64,000 nt of DNA from an uncultured Gammaproteobacteria bacterium (lineage in GTDB: Bacteria > Pseudomonadota > Gammaproteobacteria > UBA9214), in contig CAVYZN010000009.1 in the NCBI GenBank assembly GCA_963773065.1, positions 160,001 through 224,000 on the forward strand. Reading direction: 5' to 3'. Each line of letters opens with the position of its first letter. Position 1 is the stretch's first letter. Below the pieces are notes generated by a model. That model did no database searches, was not told where the DNA came from, and was given only the letters and a program-made list of their open reading frames with translations. Below are positions 31,331 to 42,823 of this stretch, one piece after another. Position numbers and translations under genes: made by a program.

Positions 31331-32242
31331 ATGAAGGCGCTAACACTACAGTCAACCGACCTGCTGCGCTTGATGCAGAGCGACTGGGCACGGCATGCCA
31401 TCAGGCTTCTCAACCTGCTGCTGGTCGTGTGGATCGCCTGGCTGCTGGCGGCGACGACCTGGAGTATCTTCAACAAGACGCAACCGGTTGAGACCGCGCC
31501 GCCTGAAGCCGTACCGGTCACGCCGCAGGTCAATCAACAGGAAGAACTGGTACGCCAACTGCCGAACTGGCATCTCTTTGGCGAGGCCGCGCAAGAGGCG
31601 GAACCCGTCAAGCAGGCCGTGCCTGTCGATGCGCCGGATACCCGTCTCAAACTGATATTGCACGGCACTTTTTCCTCTGCCGATCCCGAGCTTGCCCGCG
31701 CCATCATCGCCGATGAACGCGGCAATGAGGAAATGTATGCGAAAGGGGATATCCTGCCCGGCGATGCCGAACTCAGTGAGATCCAGTCAGACAAGGTGAT
31801 CCTGCTGCGTGGCGGGCGTTACGAGACACTGCGTCTGCCGCGTGAAGAGACAGCGGGTGGCGGTACGATCATCAGTGTCGCAACCGAGAGCACGTACAGC
31901 CCGGAAACCGTGGACAACGATACCTCGGAACGTCTGCAATCGTTGCGACAGAACCTGAAGCGGAATCCGAACTCACTTTTCGGTCTGGTGCGAACCATCC
32001 CGAAAAAGGATGATCACGGCAAGATGATCGGCTATACACTGCAGCCAGGCAGGGAACCGGAGCTGTTCGAGCAGATGGGACTCAAGCCCGGTGATATAGT
32101 CACCCGGCTAAATGATATCAGCCTGGATAATCTGGCCAGTGGCATGCAGGCCCTGAAAAGTGCCCAGAGCGGCGACACTGTCAGCATGACGGTGCTGCGG
32201 GGTAATCAGCAGCAAACCCTGACCTTCAGAATGCCTGATTAG
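31331..32242 (+). CDS. gspC: Type II secretion protein C with PDZ domain
   Basis: TM helix, WHLFG, APDTRLKLILHG, C-terminal PDZ (GLKPGDIV). Confidence 0.9.
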   Translation: MKALTLQSTDLLRLMQSDWARHAIRLLNLLLVVWIAWLLAATTWSIFNKTQPVETAPPEAVPVTPQVNQQEELVRQLPNWHLFGEAAQEAEPVKQAVPVDAPDTRLKLILHGTFSSADPELARAIIADERGNEEMYAKGDILPGDAELSEIQSDKVILLRGGRYETLRLPREETAGGGTIISVATESTYSPETVDNDTSERLQSLRQNLKRNPNSLFGLVRTIPKKDDHGKMIGYTLQPGREPELFEQMGLKPGDIVTRLNDISLDNLASGMQALKSAQSGDTVSMTVLRGNQQQTLTFRMPD

Positions 32243-32333
32243 CTGGTGTTTTGCTCGGTAATGCAGTATAAGCAACCGTTATATATGAGAATTTACGGGT
32301 TCTGAAGGCTCAGCGGATGTTGCAATACCAACT

Positions 32334-34388
32334 ATGAAAACTACCAGATACCTCGTGCTGATCGTGATGGCATGGTTTGTCCACGTGCCTCCGCTTTCAG
32401 CCGAAACGGTCACCCTCAACTTGAAGGATGCCGACATTGGCGCCTTGATCAGTACGGTCGCAGAGGTTACGAACAGGAATTTCATTGTAGACCCGAGGGT
32501 TAAGGGGAAGGTTACGGTTATCTCATCACGACCGATGGACAGCGAAGAGGTCTACCAGGTTTTCCTCTCCATACTCAAGGTGCACGGATTTGCCGCAGTC
32601 CCCAGTGGCGCGGTCATCAAGATCGTCCCGGATGTCAATGCCAAGCAGGAGGACATTCCGACCGTCACTGACAGGGAAACTGGCCAAGGTGATGAAATGG
32701 TGACTCGTGTCGTGGAGGTCAACAATGTGGCGGCGGCTCAACTGGTGCCGATACTGCGCCCGCTGGTGCCGCAGCAGGGCCATCTCGCGGCCTACCCAAC
32801 AACCAATGTGCTGATAATCTCCGACCACGCGGCCAATGTGGAACGCCTGGTCAGTATCATCCGCCGTATCGACCAGGTCAGCGACAGCGAAATCGAGGTT
32901 ATCCCGCTGCAACACGCCTCCGCGGCGGAAGTGGTGCGCGTCCTGACCAGCCTGCAGGCCGCACCGGGGGGTGCCGGCAAGGCACCGGGTGGTGGCGGCG
33001 AGGGTGGTGGTCCGGTATTGGTCGCCGATGAACGCACCAACAGTGTATTGCTGGGCGGCGGTCATGCCGACCGGCTCCGGTTGCGCGCCCTCATTTCACA
33101 TCTGGATACACCGCTTGATACCGGTGGCAATACGGATGTGGTGTATCTCAATTACGCCGTAGCCAAGGATTTGGTGGCGGTGCTGACGGGGGTTGGCAAG
33201 GGTGGTGGGGAAGCGGCACAGCAGGGCAAGGCCAACGCGCCGAAGGGTGAGTTCGATATCCAGGCCGACGAGGCCATGAATGCATTGGTCATTACCGCGC
33301 CACCGGATGTCATGCGTACCCTCAAGCGGATCATCAGCCAGCTCGACGTGCGCCGCGCCGAGGTGCTGGTCGATGCGGTCATCGCCGAGGTCTCCATGGA
33401 TACGGCCCGTGAACTGGGCGTCCAATGGGTGTTCAGCGGTTTAAACAGCGGTAATGGCGTGAGTCCGGTCGGACTCATCAATTTCACCAACACCGGCAAC
33501 AATATCGCGGATGTCATCAACTCGGCCGTCGACGTGGTGAATGGCGGGACCGTCCCGACGCCCAAAGGCAACGTGCTACTCGGCGGCGGCAAGATACAGA
33601 AGGACAGCAATTTCAACTACCTTGCCGTCATCAATATGCTGGCATCCGACAGCAATACCAACATCCTTTCGACTCCCACGCTGGTGACCCTCGACAACGA
33701 GGAGGCCGAAATCATCATCGGCCAGAATGTGCCGTTTGTTACCGGTTCCTTCTCCAGTACCGGTACGGGCGGCACGACCGGCGCCGCCACGGCGGTGAAC
33801 CCGTTCCAGACCATCCAGCGTCAAGATGTTGGATTGACGCTCAAGATCAAGCCCCAGATCAACGAGGGTGACGCGCTGAAACTCGATATCGAACAGGAAG
33901 TCTCGAGCATTGCGCCAAGCATCGCCGGAGCCTCGGACATCATCACCAATAAACGATCCATCAAGACGGCGGTGATGGTGGGGGACGGCAATGTGGTGGT
34001 GCTGGGCGGTCTCATCCAGAAGCAGACCGACGAATCCGTACAGAAAGTCCCGCTACTCGGAGACTTGCCCGGCATCGGCGCCCTGTTCAGATCCAAGGCG
34101 GGGAAGGTGACCAAGACCAACCTGATGGTCTTCATCCATCCGGTGATACTCCGCGACTCGGCTGTTTCCGAATCGAACACCAGCAGCAAGTACGATTACT
34201 TCCGGGCACTGCAGCTCAAGGAGGGCAAGGATGGCGTCAACCTCCTGCCGGGAGAGCAAGCCCCGTTATTGCCGCAGTGGGGCGACACCAAGGCGCTTGG
34301 CCAGCCGCCGCTGGAGCCGCCACCGCCACCGCCACCGAAAAAGGACACGCAGCAGGGTTCATCGAGCCCTCACTGGTCCATGGAATGA
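32334..34388 (+). CDS. gspD: Type II secretion secretin D
   Basis: LNLKDADI, FIVDPRVKGKV, TLDNEEAEIIIGQNVP, KVPLLGDLP. Confidence 0.96.
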   Translation: MKTTRYLVLIVMAWFVHVPPLSAETVTLNLKDADIGALISTVAEVTNRNFIVDPRVKGKVTVISSRPMDSEEVYQVFLSILKVHGFAAVPSGAVIKIVPDVNAKQEDIPTVTDRETGQGDEMVTRVVEVNNVAAAQLVPILRPLVPQQGHLAAYPTTNVLIISDHAANVERLVSIIRRIDQVSDSEIEVIPLQHASAAEVVRVLTSLQAAPGGAGKAPGGGGEGGGPVLVADERTNSVLLGGGHADRLRLRALISHLDTPLDTGGNTDVVYLNYAVAKDLVAVLTGVGKGGGEAAQQGKANAPKGEFDIQADEAMNALVITAPPDVMRTLKRIISQLDVRRAEVLVDAVIAEVSMDTARELGVQWVFSGLNSGNGVSPVGLINFTNTGNNIADVINSAVDVVNGGTVPTPKGNVLLGGGKIQKDSNFNYLAVINMLASDSNTNILSTPTLVTLDNEEAEIIIGQNVPFVTGSFSSTGTGGTTGAATAVNPFQTIQRQDVGLTLKIKPQINEGDALKLDIEQEVSSIAPSIAGASDIITNKRSIKTAVMVGDGNVVVLGGLIQKQTDESVQKVPLLGDLPGIGALFRSKAGKVTKTNLMVFIHPVILRDSAVSESNTSSKYDYFRALQLKEGKDGVNLLPGEQAPLLPQWGDTKALGQPPLEPPPPPPPKKDTQQGSSSPHWSME

Positions 34389-34410
34389 GTATGACTGAGG
34401 CTGATCGCTG

Positions 34411-35916
34411 GTGGAAGAGGATGCGCCGTCGGCTGGTGGCGAGATGGCCCTTCGACGTCCGCCTTTTTTGTTTGCGAAACGTCATGGGGTGCTGGTTGCC
34501 GGCAAGCAAGACGGCAGGGTCATCGTAATGCACCGGGCTGACACGGATGCGCTGGCGTTGGTGGAATTGCGCCGTTTCATGCAACACCCCCTCACCCTGC
34601 AGCTCATCGATGACGAGCACTTCAAGAACATGCTGGCAGGCGCCTATGAGCAGGACTCCAGCGAGGCCATGCAGATGATGGGAGACCTCGGCGAGGGCAT
34701 GGACCTGTTCAGCATCGCCCAGCAACTGCCGGAACCGGAAGATCTGATGGAAAGCGAGGATGATGCGCCGATTATCCGCCTCATCAACGCCCTGCTGACC
34801 GAGGCCGTGAAGGAAAATGCCTCGGATATCCATATCGAACCCTTTGAAAATCGTCTGGTCGTGCGGTTTCGCGTTGATGGCGTTCTGCGTGAGGTGATCG
34901 AGCCACAGCGCGTGCTGGCACCCCTGCTGGTGTCGCGCATCAAGGTTATGGCGCGTCTCGATATCGCGGAAAAACGTCTGCCGCAGGATGGCCGGATATC
35001 GCTGAGGGTCGCCGGTCGCGCCGTCGACGTGCGTGTCTCGACCTTACCCTCGGGCAATGGCGAACGCGTGGTGTTGCGCCTGCTCGACAAGCGGGCCGGG
35101 CATCTGGACCTCGAGCATCTCGGGATGGCGTCCCCTACCAGGGATGTGATAGACGGCATGATCAACAAGCCTCACGGGATTATCCTGGTGACCGGTCCGA
35201 CCGGTTCCGGCAAGACCACAACCCTGTATGCGGCGCTGGAACGGTTGAACAACAAGCGCCGTAACATCATGACGGTCGAAGACCCCATTGAATATTATTT
35301 GGATGGCATTGGCCAGACCCAGGTAAACACCAAGGTTGAGCTCACTTTCGCACGTGGGCTGCGCGCCATCCTGCGCCAGGACCCCGATGTGGTCATGGTC
35401 GGCGAGATCCGTGACTTGGAGACGGCGGAAATCGCCGTACAGGCAAGCCTGACAGGACACCTGGTATTTTCAACGCTGCATACCAACAGCGCCGTCGGCG
35501 CGATGACGCGCCTGCGTGACATGGGCGTCGAACCCTTTCTGTTGTCATCCAGTATGATTGGCGTACTGGCCCAGCGACTGGTGCGGGTGCTGTGCGATGA
35601 CTGCAAGCAACCCTATACCGCCGGCCACGCGGATTGTGATGCCCTGGGTGTCTCCACGGATAACCCGCCAACGCTGTATCGTCCGGCGGGTTGCAGTCTC
35701 TGCAACCAGTTGGGTTACCGGGGAAGAACCGGCATCTATGAGCTGGTAAAAATCGATGATCCCATGCGCGCCATGATTCATGATGGGCTCGGCGAGCATG
35801 AACTTGAACGCAAGGCGCGCGAGGACTCTCCCGGGATTCGTCAGGATGGCTGGGACAAGGTTCTGAACGGCGTCACCTCGATCGAAGAGGTACTGCGCGT
35901 GACCCGGGGCGACTGA
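34411..35916 (+). CDS. gspE: Type II secretion ATPase E
   Basis: [32 protein letters not shown], tetracysteine motif. Confidence 0.97.
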   Translation: MEEDAPSAGGEMALRRPPFLFAKRHGVLVAGKQDGRVIVMHRADTDALALVELRRFMQHPLTLQLIDDEHFKNMLAGAYEQDSSEAMQMMGDLGEGMDLFSIAQQLPEPEDLMESEDDAPIIRLINALLTEAVKENASDIHIEPFENRLVVRFRVDGVLREVIEPQRVLAPLLVSRIKVMARLDIAEKRLPQDGRISLRVAGRAVDVRVSTLPSGNGERVVLRLLDKRAGHLDLEHLGMASPTRDVIDGMINKPHGIILVTGPTGSGKTTTLYAALERLNNKRRNIMTVEDPIEYYLDGIGQTQVNTKVELTFARGLRAILRQDPDVVMVGEIRDLETAEIAVQASLTGHLVFSTLHTNSAVGAMTRLRDMGVEPFLLSSSMIGVLAQRLVRVLCDDCKQPYTAGHADCDALGVSTDNPPTLYRPAGCSLCNQLGYRGRTGIYELVKIDDPMRAMIHDGLGEHELERKAREDSPGIRQDGWDKVLNGVTSIEEVLRVTRGD

Positions 35917-36012
35917 TTTCCCGATTTCCTGCAAGCCATTGATTACCCCCTCAATCAGAAACTCAGGCCGTCTGTAACCTCGGTCATGATCAAGCCAACT
36001 CGGCGTTGAACC

Positions 36013-37230
36013 ATGGGTGCATTCGAATATACGGCGCTGGATGCCCGCGGACGTGAGAAACGGGGCGTCCTCGAGGGCGATGCGGCACGGCAGATCCGTC
36101 AGCAGTTGCGTGAGCAGGGCTGGGTCCCGCTCACCGTGGAAGAGGTCGCCCAGCGCGAGGCGAAGGAGCGTAAACGTTACGCGTTCCTGCGGCGTGGCAT
36201 AAGCGCCACGGAACTCGCCCTCATCACGCGCCAGCTCGCCACATTGGTGCGCGCCGGCCTGCCGCTGGAGGAATGTCTGCGGGCCGTGTCGCAGCAGGCG
36301 GACAAGGGACGTTTGAAGAGTATGCTGCTCGCGGTGCGCGCGCGCGTGATGGAAGGCCATTCCCTGGCGGTAGGCCTGTCAGACTTCCCCTATGTCTATC
36401 CTGAGTTGTACCGGACGACGGTTGAGGCCGGTGAACAGTCCGGTCACCTGGAGCGGGTGCTTGAGCGGCTGGCCGATTACACGGAGAGCCGCCAGCAGAT
36501 GCGTCAGAAAATCCAACTGGCGGTGTTTTATCCGGCGTTGCTGACCGTGGTTGCCATCCTGGTCGTGGGCGGTCTGATGACCTACGTGGTACCCCAGGTG
36601 GTGCAGGTATTCGAGAACATCGGCCAGGAACTGCCGCCCCTGACGCGGGGGCTGATCGCCATCAGCGCTTTTCTGCGCAATTACGGATTGGTGATGCTCG
36701 TGCTGCTGGTGCTGGCGGTTATCGGCTTCGGTTACTTGCTGCGCAATGAAGCCGTGCGGCGCCGTTTTCACAAGATCCTGCTGGTCATTCCCCTCGTTTC
36801 ACGGCTGGAACGCGGTCTTAACACGGGGCGCTTCGCGCGTACCTTCAGCATTCTTACAGCCAGCGGCGTGCCGGTGCTCGATTCGATGCGCATATCGGCA
36901 CAGGTGATGTCAAATATTCCCATGCGGGAGGCGGTTGCAGAGGCTTCCGAGCGGGTACGTGAAGGTGCAGGGATTGCCGCGGCGCTGGAAAGGAGCGGCT
37001 ATTTTCCGCCCATGATGGTGCAACTGATAGCCAGCGGTGAAGCCAGCGGCAAGCTGGATGAAATGCTGGAGCGTGCGGCAATCAACCAGGAACGCGAGAT
37101 CGAGGCCCTGGTTGCCGCGTTACTAGGCTTGTTCGAACCGCTGCTGATACTTTTCATGGGCAGCGTCGTGCTGATCATCGTTCTGGCCATACTGCTGCCA
37201 ATTTTCGATCTGAACCAGTTGATTCAGTAA
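36013..37230 (+). CDS. gspF: Type II secretion inner-membrane protein F
   Basis: FEYTALDARG, TRQLATLVRAGLPL, AGEQSGHL, EPLLI. Confidence 0.96.
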   Translation: MGAFEYTALDARGREKRGVLEGDAARQIRQQLREQGWVPLTVEEVAQREAKERKRYAFLRRGISATELALITRQLATLVRAGLPLEECLRAVSQQADKGRLKSMLLAVRARVMEGHSLAVGLSDFPYVYPELYRTTVEAGEQSGHLERVLERLADYTESRQQMRQKIQLAVFYPALLTVVAILVVGGLMTYVVPQVVQVFENIGQELPPLTRGLIAISAFLRNYGLVMLVLLVLAVIGFGYLLRNEAVRRRFHKILLVIPLVSRLERGLNTGRFARTFSILTASGVPVLDSMRISAQVMSNIPMREAVAEASERVREGAGIAAALERSGYFPPMMVQLIASGEASGKLDEMLERAAINQEREIEALVAALLGLFEPLLILFMGSVVLIIVLAILLPIFDLNQLIQ

Positions 37231-37461
37231 ACCTGGCCTGTTCCTTCATGGCCTCGGGATTCTTTGAAAGCATCGATGGTGGGCGTGAAGCGTGCGACAT
37301 GAGACGGAAATATTGATTTCTGAACAAGGTTGGTGAGAATCCTTCTTTTCACTCCTCACCTTTCACGAATCCCTTCACGATTGGCGTATGCGAGCGGTAA
37401 AAGTTTCTTGCGGCGGAAACCGTTCCTGCGGCTGATCTATTACGTGGCGATCGACTGTTTG

Positions 37462-38283
37462 TTAATAGCCGGCTGAGGCGAAGTCAACGGCGTCGGGAAT
37501 CTTGGCCAGGCGTTCCACGCCGGTCTCGATGCCCCCATCTTCTAACAGCGACAACCACCGGTAACCGGGTGCCGCCTCGTCGACAGCGAACGCTGCGCTC
37601 ATCGGCAGAAACTGAATACAGGTGGATGGTGAGGCCATCAGTCTGACATGCTTGCGCATGCGATCGAATCGCTGATGGACATGCCCCCAGAGTATTCCGC
37701 GCACCTGCGGGTGCCGGTCGATGATGGTGAAAAAGTCATTGGCATTGTCTACCGCCATGCTGTCAAGCCAGCGGCTTCCCATCATGACAGGCTGGTGATG
37801 CAGGCAGACCAGCGTGTGCGTTTCCGGCGCCGACTGTAGATGTGTTTCCAGCGCATGTAATGCGGCGGCGTTCAGATGCCCGCCTTCACTGCCCGGCATG
37901 GTCGAATCCAGGAAGATGAAATGCCAGTTCCCATGGTAGGCGTGCTCGACATAATGAAGCAGGCCTTTATTCATGGTGTTCCGCAGTGTTACGGCTTCAT
38001 CATGATTGCCCGGCAGACAGTAGACCGGGATGCCAAGACTCTTCAGGTGGGAATAAATTCGCTGGTAGGCGGCCGGTGCGCCATCATGCGCCAGGTCTCC
38101 TGTTGCCAGGACGAGATCTGCCGGCATATGCAGAGCACGGACGCTGGCAATGACCGATTTCAGCGACTGTTCCGTGTTAAGTCCCAGCAAACATCCACGG
38201 CTGTCCGCATAGAGGTGGGTATCGGTAATCTGTATTACCTTGAGTGCCCGCCTGGATTTCGGGTGAGCGGTGATGTTGGCCAT
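37462..38283 (-). CDS. cpdA: 3',5'-cyclic AMP phosphodiesterase (metallophosphoesterase)
   Basis: QITDTHL, ATGDL, PGNHD, LHHQP, WGHVH, PSTCIQF. Confidence 0.9.
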   Translation of the reverse strand: MANITAHPKSRRALKVIQITDTHLYADSRGCLLGLNTEQSLKSVIASVRALHMPADLVLATGDLAHDGAPAAYQRIYSHLKSLGIPVYCLPGNHDEAVTLRNTMNKGLLHYVEHAYHGNWHFIFLDSTMPGSEGGHLNAAALHALETHLQSAPETHTLVCLHHQPVMMGSRWLDSMAVDNANDFFTIIDRHPQVRGILWGHVHQRFDRMRKHVRLMASPSTCIQFLPMSAAFAVDEAAPGYRWLSLLEDGGIETGVERLAKIPDAVDFASAGY

Positions 38284-38440
38284 TCCTGTATGTTCTCGCA
38301 TTCGATGTCTATACTGTACACGGCATATAAACAGGGAATGTGACGTTGGTACAGGTTTTCACGGCATGTTCCAGTGTGAAGCAATACTACCTGCGATGCT
38401 ATCGCGGAAATGTCCGAAATTCACGGAAAAAGTACCCACC

Positions 38441-39103
38441 ATGTCAAACAAAACGCTGCCTCTCGACGATGCACTCTATGAGTATTTACTATCGGTTTCC
38501 CTGCATGAATCTGAAGTTCTGGCGCGTTTGCGGGAGGAGACGGCACGGGATCCGATGCGGCGCATGCAGATAGCACCGGAACAGGGGCAGTTCATGGCGT
38601 TGCTGGTGCGGATGATCGACGCGAGGAAATGCCTGGAAATTGGCGTTTATACCGGTTACAGCGCGCTCTGTGTGGCACAGGCATTGCCGGTTGACGGCAG
38701 GCTGCTGGCCTGTGATGTCAGCAAGGAATGGACGGCCATCGCCCGGCGCTACTGGGCCGAGGCGGGAGTCCTCGACAAGATCAATTTGCGGCTGGCCCCG
38801 GCGTTGCAGACACTGGACGGCTTGATAGATGCGGGCGAGGAGGGCAGCTTTGATTTCGCCTTTATCGATGCTGACAAGGAAAATTACCGTAACTACTACG
38901 AACGTACCCTGCGCTTATTGCGCCCCGGGGGGCTGGTTGCCATCGATAATACCCTCTGGTCTGGTGATGTCGCGGACCCCGGCAAGCAAGACCTGGAGAC
39001 GCAGGCGATCCGCGAACTGAACGAAGGTATTTACCGGGACAGCCGAGTTGATATGAGCTTGCTGCCGCTTGCGGACGGTCTGACGCTGGCTCTTAAGAGA
39101 TAA
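38441..39103 (+). CDS. Class I O-methyltransferase (caffeoyl-CoA/catechol OMT-like)
   Basis: MQIAPEQGQF, LEIGVYTGYS, FDFAFIDADK, DNTLWSG. Confidence 0.92.
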   Translation: MSNKTLPLDDALYEYLLSVSLHESEVLARLREETARDPMRRMQIAPEQGQFMALLVRMIDARKCLEIGVYTGYSALCVAQALPVDGRLLACDVSKEWTAIARRYWAEAGVLDKINLRLAPALQTLDGLIDAGEEGSFDFAFIDADKENYRNYYERTLRLLRPGGLVAIDNTLWSGDVADPGKQDLETQAIRELNEGIYRDSRVDMSLLPLADGLTLALKR

Positions 39104-39135
39104 TCCGGAGTTCCCGCCGGCAGTCTGATTCCCGG

Positions 39136-40479
39136 TTACCGGCTGTCGCGTGTGTTTTGGAGCGTCTTTATGTACACGCGGGACTTGCGCTGGTAGTTAT
39201 AGAGACTCTGTTTGCGCGCCGGCAACTGCGAGGTGTCGCCAGGCAAGAAACCGCGTTCACGAAACCAGTGTGCGGTCCGTGTGGTCAGCACAAACAACCT
39301 GTCGATCCCGCTGCGCACCGCCCTGTCCTCAATGGCCTTCAACAGGGCGTCTCCCCGGCCATGATTGCGGTAATCCTCGTGCACCGCGAGACAGGCGAGT
39401 TCCGCGAGCCTGTCATCCTCGGCCGGATAAAGCGCCGCGCAGGCGATGATGGTCCCGTCGCGTTCTATGAGGTGAAAATGGCTGATTTCGATTTCCAGCA
39501 GCTCCCTGGAACGCTTCACCAGGATGCCCTCGTCTTCCAGCGGCTTGATGAGCTCAAGAATACCGCCGACATCCTCGATGGTTGCCGTGCGCAACCCCTC
39601 ATAGGTCTCCGCCGTGATCAGCGTACCGCTGCCGTCGCGCGTGAACAATTCAAGCAACAAGGCACCCTCCTTGCGGCGGCTGACGAGATGGACACGGCTG
39701 ACGCCATGGCGACAGGCGCGCAAGGCATGCTCGAGATGCCTGAGCGTATCCTCGCCTAGCCGCCTCCTGGAATTCAGGAGTGCCGTTGCATCGGTGAGGG
39801 TGAGCTGGGATATCGGGTGGCGGCGGCTGTCTCTCAGTTCGGGACCCTCGGTCATCAGGATCAGCTTGTCGGCGTGCAACTCGGATGCCGCCGCGGTGGC
39901 AACTTCTTCCGCACTGAGGTTAAATACCTCGCCTGTCGGTGAGTAGCCCAGCGGAGACAGGAGGACTATCCTCTGGTCATCGAGGTGCTGCCGTATGGCG
40001 GCCCCATCGACCCGGCGTACTTCGCCGGTATGGCAGTAGTCGATACCATCACGGATGCCTAGCGGCCGCGCCGTAACGAAATTTCCCGAGCTTGCGCGCA
40101 GGCGCGCCCCTGACATGGGGGTATTGGCAAGGCCCATGGAAAGGAGCGCCTCTATCTCGACACGCACGCTGCCCACCGCTTCCTTGACACAGGCCAGGGC
40201 GGCATCGTCGGTAATCCTCAGGCCATTGGCATATTCCAGCTTCGCGCGACGGGCTTTGAGTCTTGATTCAATCTGGGGACGTGCGCCATGCACCAGCACC
40301 AGATGTATACCCAGGCCGTGCAACAGCGCGATGTCATGCACCAGGCCGGAAAAGCGCGCATCCGCAACCGCTTCGCCGCCAAAGGCCAGCACGAAGGTTC
40401 GCCCGCGATGTGCATGAATATACGGCGCCGATTGGCGGAAGCCCTCAATGAAGCAGATTTGCCGATCTTTTTCAGTCAT
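39136..40479 (-). CDS. argA: N-acetylglutamate synthase
   Basis: FRQSAPYIHAHRGRTFV, LVHGARPQI, SPLGYSPTGE, LLELFTRDG, C-terminal GNAT domain. Confidence 0.96.
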   Translation of the reverse strand: MTEKDRQICFIEGFRQSAPYIHAHRGRTFVLAFGGEAVADARFSGLVHDIALLHGLGIHLVLVHGARPQIESRLKARRAKLEYANGLRITDDAALACVKEAVGSVRVEIEALLSMGLANTPMSGARLRASSGNFVTARPLGIRDGIDYCHTGEVRRVDGAAIRQHLDDQRIVLLSPLGYSPTGEVFNLSAEEVATAAASELHADKLILMTEGPELRDSRRHPISQLTLTDATALLNSRRRLGEDTLRHLEHALRACRHGVSRVHLVSRRKEGALLLELFTRDGSGTLITAETYEGLRTATIEDVGGILELIKPLEDEGILVKRSRELLEIEISHFHLIERDGTIIACAALYPAEDDRLAELACLAVHEDYRNHGRGDALLKAIEDRAVRSGIDRLFVLTTRTAHWFRERGFLPGDTSQLPARKQSLYNYQRKSRVYIKTLQNTRDSR

Positions 40480-40746
40480 GACCCGATGTTCCTTAGCCTG
40501 TGTTTATAGCAAGCCAACACGCCAGGCACAATTGATTTTATCTGCCCATGGGGCGGCTTGATCGTTTGCCGTGACGGCAATGGTTCCCGGGTGCACGCCA
40601 GTATCCTTGGTGAAGTGACGGCATCACCCGCCTCTATTCTGGAGGGACCGCGATCACTCACGGCGCTGGTGGTGCGCAGACATTAAAACCCATTAAGGGT
40701 TGCCGGAAGCGAATTTACCTGCCAGTCCTGCGGTAACCTGGTGATA

Positions 40747-42303
40747 TCAGGCTATTGCCTGTCGGCTGGTTTCGGAGGGGACGACCACGAGGTGTGGGCC
40801 CATGATATGTGCAAAGTCATCGATCGACTGAGGCTGGGAGTAGACGTACCCTTGAACGTAATCGATGCCCATATTCTTCAGTTCATCGACGACATCCAGG
40901 GTTTCCACGTATTTGGCTATCGTCTCCTTGCCCAGCAGATGCCCCAGTTCGTTGATCGCCTTGACCATGGTGCGATCAACGGGGTCGAACAGGATGTCAC
41001 GTACGAACGCACCGTCGATCTTCAGGTAATCAACCGGTATTTTCTTCATGTAGGCGAAGGAAGCCAGGCCGCTGCCGAAGTCATCCAGCGAAAACTTGAA
41101 GCCGCAGCCGCGCAGAGTCAACATGAAACTCGTGGCGGCGGTTAGGTTGGCGATGACCGCCGTTTCCGTGATTTCGAAGCACACCTGTTTCGGTTCGATG
41201 CCGCTCAAGCCGGCCTGATCGATTATGTATTTCACCATGGACTGATTGAGTATCGACTGGGCCGACAGGTTGATGGTGATACGGATCGGCCAGTGGCTGG
41301 ATGCGGATACCTTGGCAAGCCAAGCCATGGCATGCTCAATGACCCAGCGGTCCAGATTTGAAGCCAGGTTGTATTTTTCGGCTACGGCAAGAAATATGCC
41401 CGGTGCGATAATCGATCCATCGTCATCTATCATGCGCAACAGGATTTCCACATGCTTCTCATGGCGCGCCGTACTGGCGCAGGGGACAATCGGTTGGAAA
41501 TAGAGAGTGAATCGGTTTTCTACAAATGCATTGGTCAGGCGGGTCAACCATTGCATCTGTCCATGGCGCGCCTGCAGGCGCTGGTTACCCAGATGGGCAA
41601 TCTGGATCTTGCTGTGATCGGATTGCTTCACGAGGGAACAGGCAGAGTCCGCCGCGCTCATTGCGGCTGCGCTATCCGTGGTATCCCGGTCTATCGGTAC
41701 CACGCCGATGCTGATTCCCTGTTTGAAACTCTTGTCAGCCCGGGTGAAATGGAATGACCCAATCGCTTCGAGTAGGCTCTGTGCAATCTGAACGGCCTTG
41801 TCCAATGGACAGATCTCGAGCAGCATCCCGAATTCATCTCCACCGAGACGGCTGAGTGTGTCACGCTTGCGGACGGAGGTGAGCAGCAACTGACCGAGTT
41901 CCTGCAGGAGTTGGTCGCCTGTGGAGTGGCCATAGCTGTCGTTTACGGATTTAAACCGGTCAACATCTATGTGCAGCAATGCATGGGTGACCGACTGTGT
42001 CTGGGCATGCCTGATTGCCCTCTCAACCCTGGTCTCAAATTCACTGCGATTGATGAGCCCGGTGAGCGTGTCATGCGATGACCGGTAGTTGAGCTGCCTG
42101 TTTTTTGCGGATACATGCTGAATCATTGTCCTCGCCAGCAACAGACAAAACACCACGGCAATGCAGGCGAGGGTTGATTGCAACAGCAGAGCAAGCTCGG
42201 TACCGGTTTGCGCCTGGCGCAGTGATGCATACACCAGGACAAACATCAGGGCGAGTACCGACAGAAAACCAAGTTTGATGAGCAAACGGTGCTTGTCTTT
42301 CAT
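40747..42303 (-). CDS. Membrane-anchored GGDEF-EAL protein
   Basis: Two TM helices, HDTLTGLINR, RLGGDEF, EILLR, DDFGSG, KIDGAF. Confidence 0.92.
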   Translation of the reverse strand: MKDKHRLLIKLGFLSVLALMFVLVYASLRQAQTGTELALLLQSTLACIAVVFCLLLARTMIQHVSAKNRQLNYRSSHDTLTGLINRSEFETRVERAIRHAQTQSVTHALLHIDVDRFKSVNDSYGHSTGDQLLQELGQLLLTSVRKRDTLSRLGGDEFGMLLEICPLDKAVQIAQSLLEAIGSFHFTRADKSFKQGISIGVVPIDRDTTDSAAAMSAADSACSLVKQSDHSKIQIAHLGNQRLQARHGQMQWLTRLTNAFVENRFTLYFQPIVPCASTARHEKHVEILLRMIDDDGSIIAPGIFLAVAEKYNLASNLDRWVIEHAMAWLAKVSASSHWPIRITINLSAQSILNQSMVKYIIDQAGLSGIEPKQVCFEITETAVIANLTAATSFMLTLRGCGFKFSLDDFGSGLASFAYMKKIPVDYLKIDGAFVRDILFDPVDRTMVKAINELGHLLGKETIAKYVETLDVVDELKNMGIDYVQGYVYSQPQSIDDFAHIMGPHLVVVPSETSRQAIA

Positions 42304-42823
42304 GACGGGTGTCGATCCAGGTAGTTTCAGGCTGCGACGTCGCGTGTCCCCGTGCCGCACGGCGCTGACGATATGACATCAGACACGATCGGCATCATCG
42401 GGAAAAACTTGATGGAATGAGGGGTTGGACCGCGTCAGGCCGCTTCGTTTATCTGAAGATCCCGGACATGGCACCAGCCAAGATAAGTGGTATGGGGAAC
42501 CATATCCGGACATGTCAATCAGCACGGTTTCGCGGCAGGCGGTATCCCGGAGCAGAAAAAAATCAATCCAATCTTTGGGGCTTGCCGACAGGGGATATAT
42601 GTTCCTACTTTTGAAAAATATAGAATTAATAACAAGCATGATCGACAAGAAACTGGCGCGTAAATTTCCCCCGCATTTTTCCTTGCTGATCACTGCTGAT
42701 GCTCATTACTCTCACATACCCGCTACTGGCCGAAGTCACGGGCGCATGGCGTGTGTTTCTGCCAAGGCCGGGTGATCTGTACAATGGCCGACTGCAGGAC
42801 CCGGTCGTTAACTGGAGAAAACC

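Noticed and set aside
42379-42823. Short ORFs between the GGDEF-EAL gene and ilvD
   Set aside because: Overlapping motif-free ORFs in a divergent promoter region
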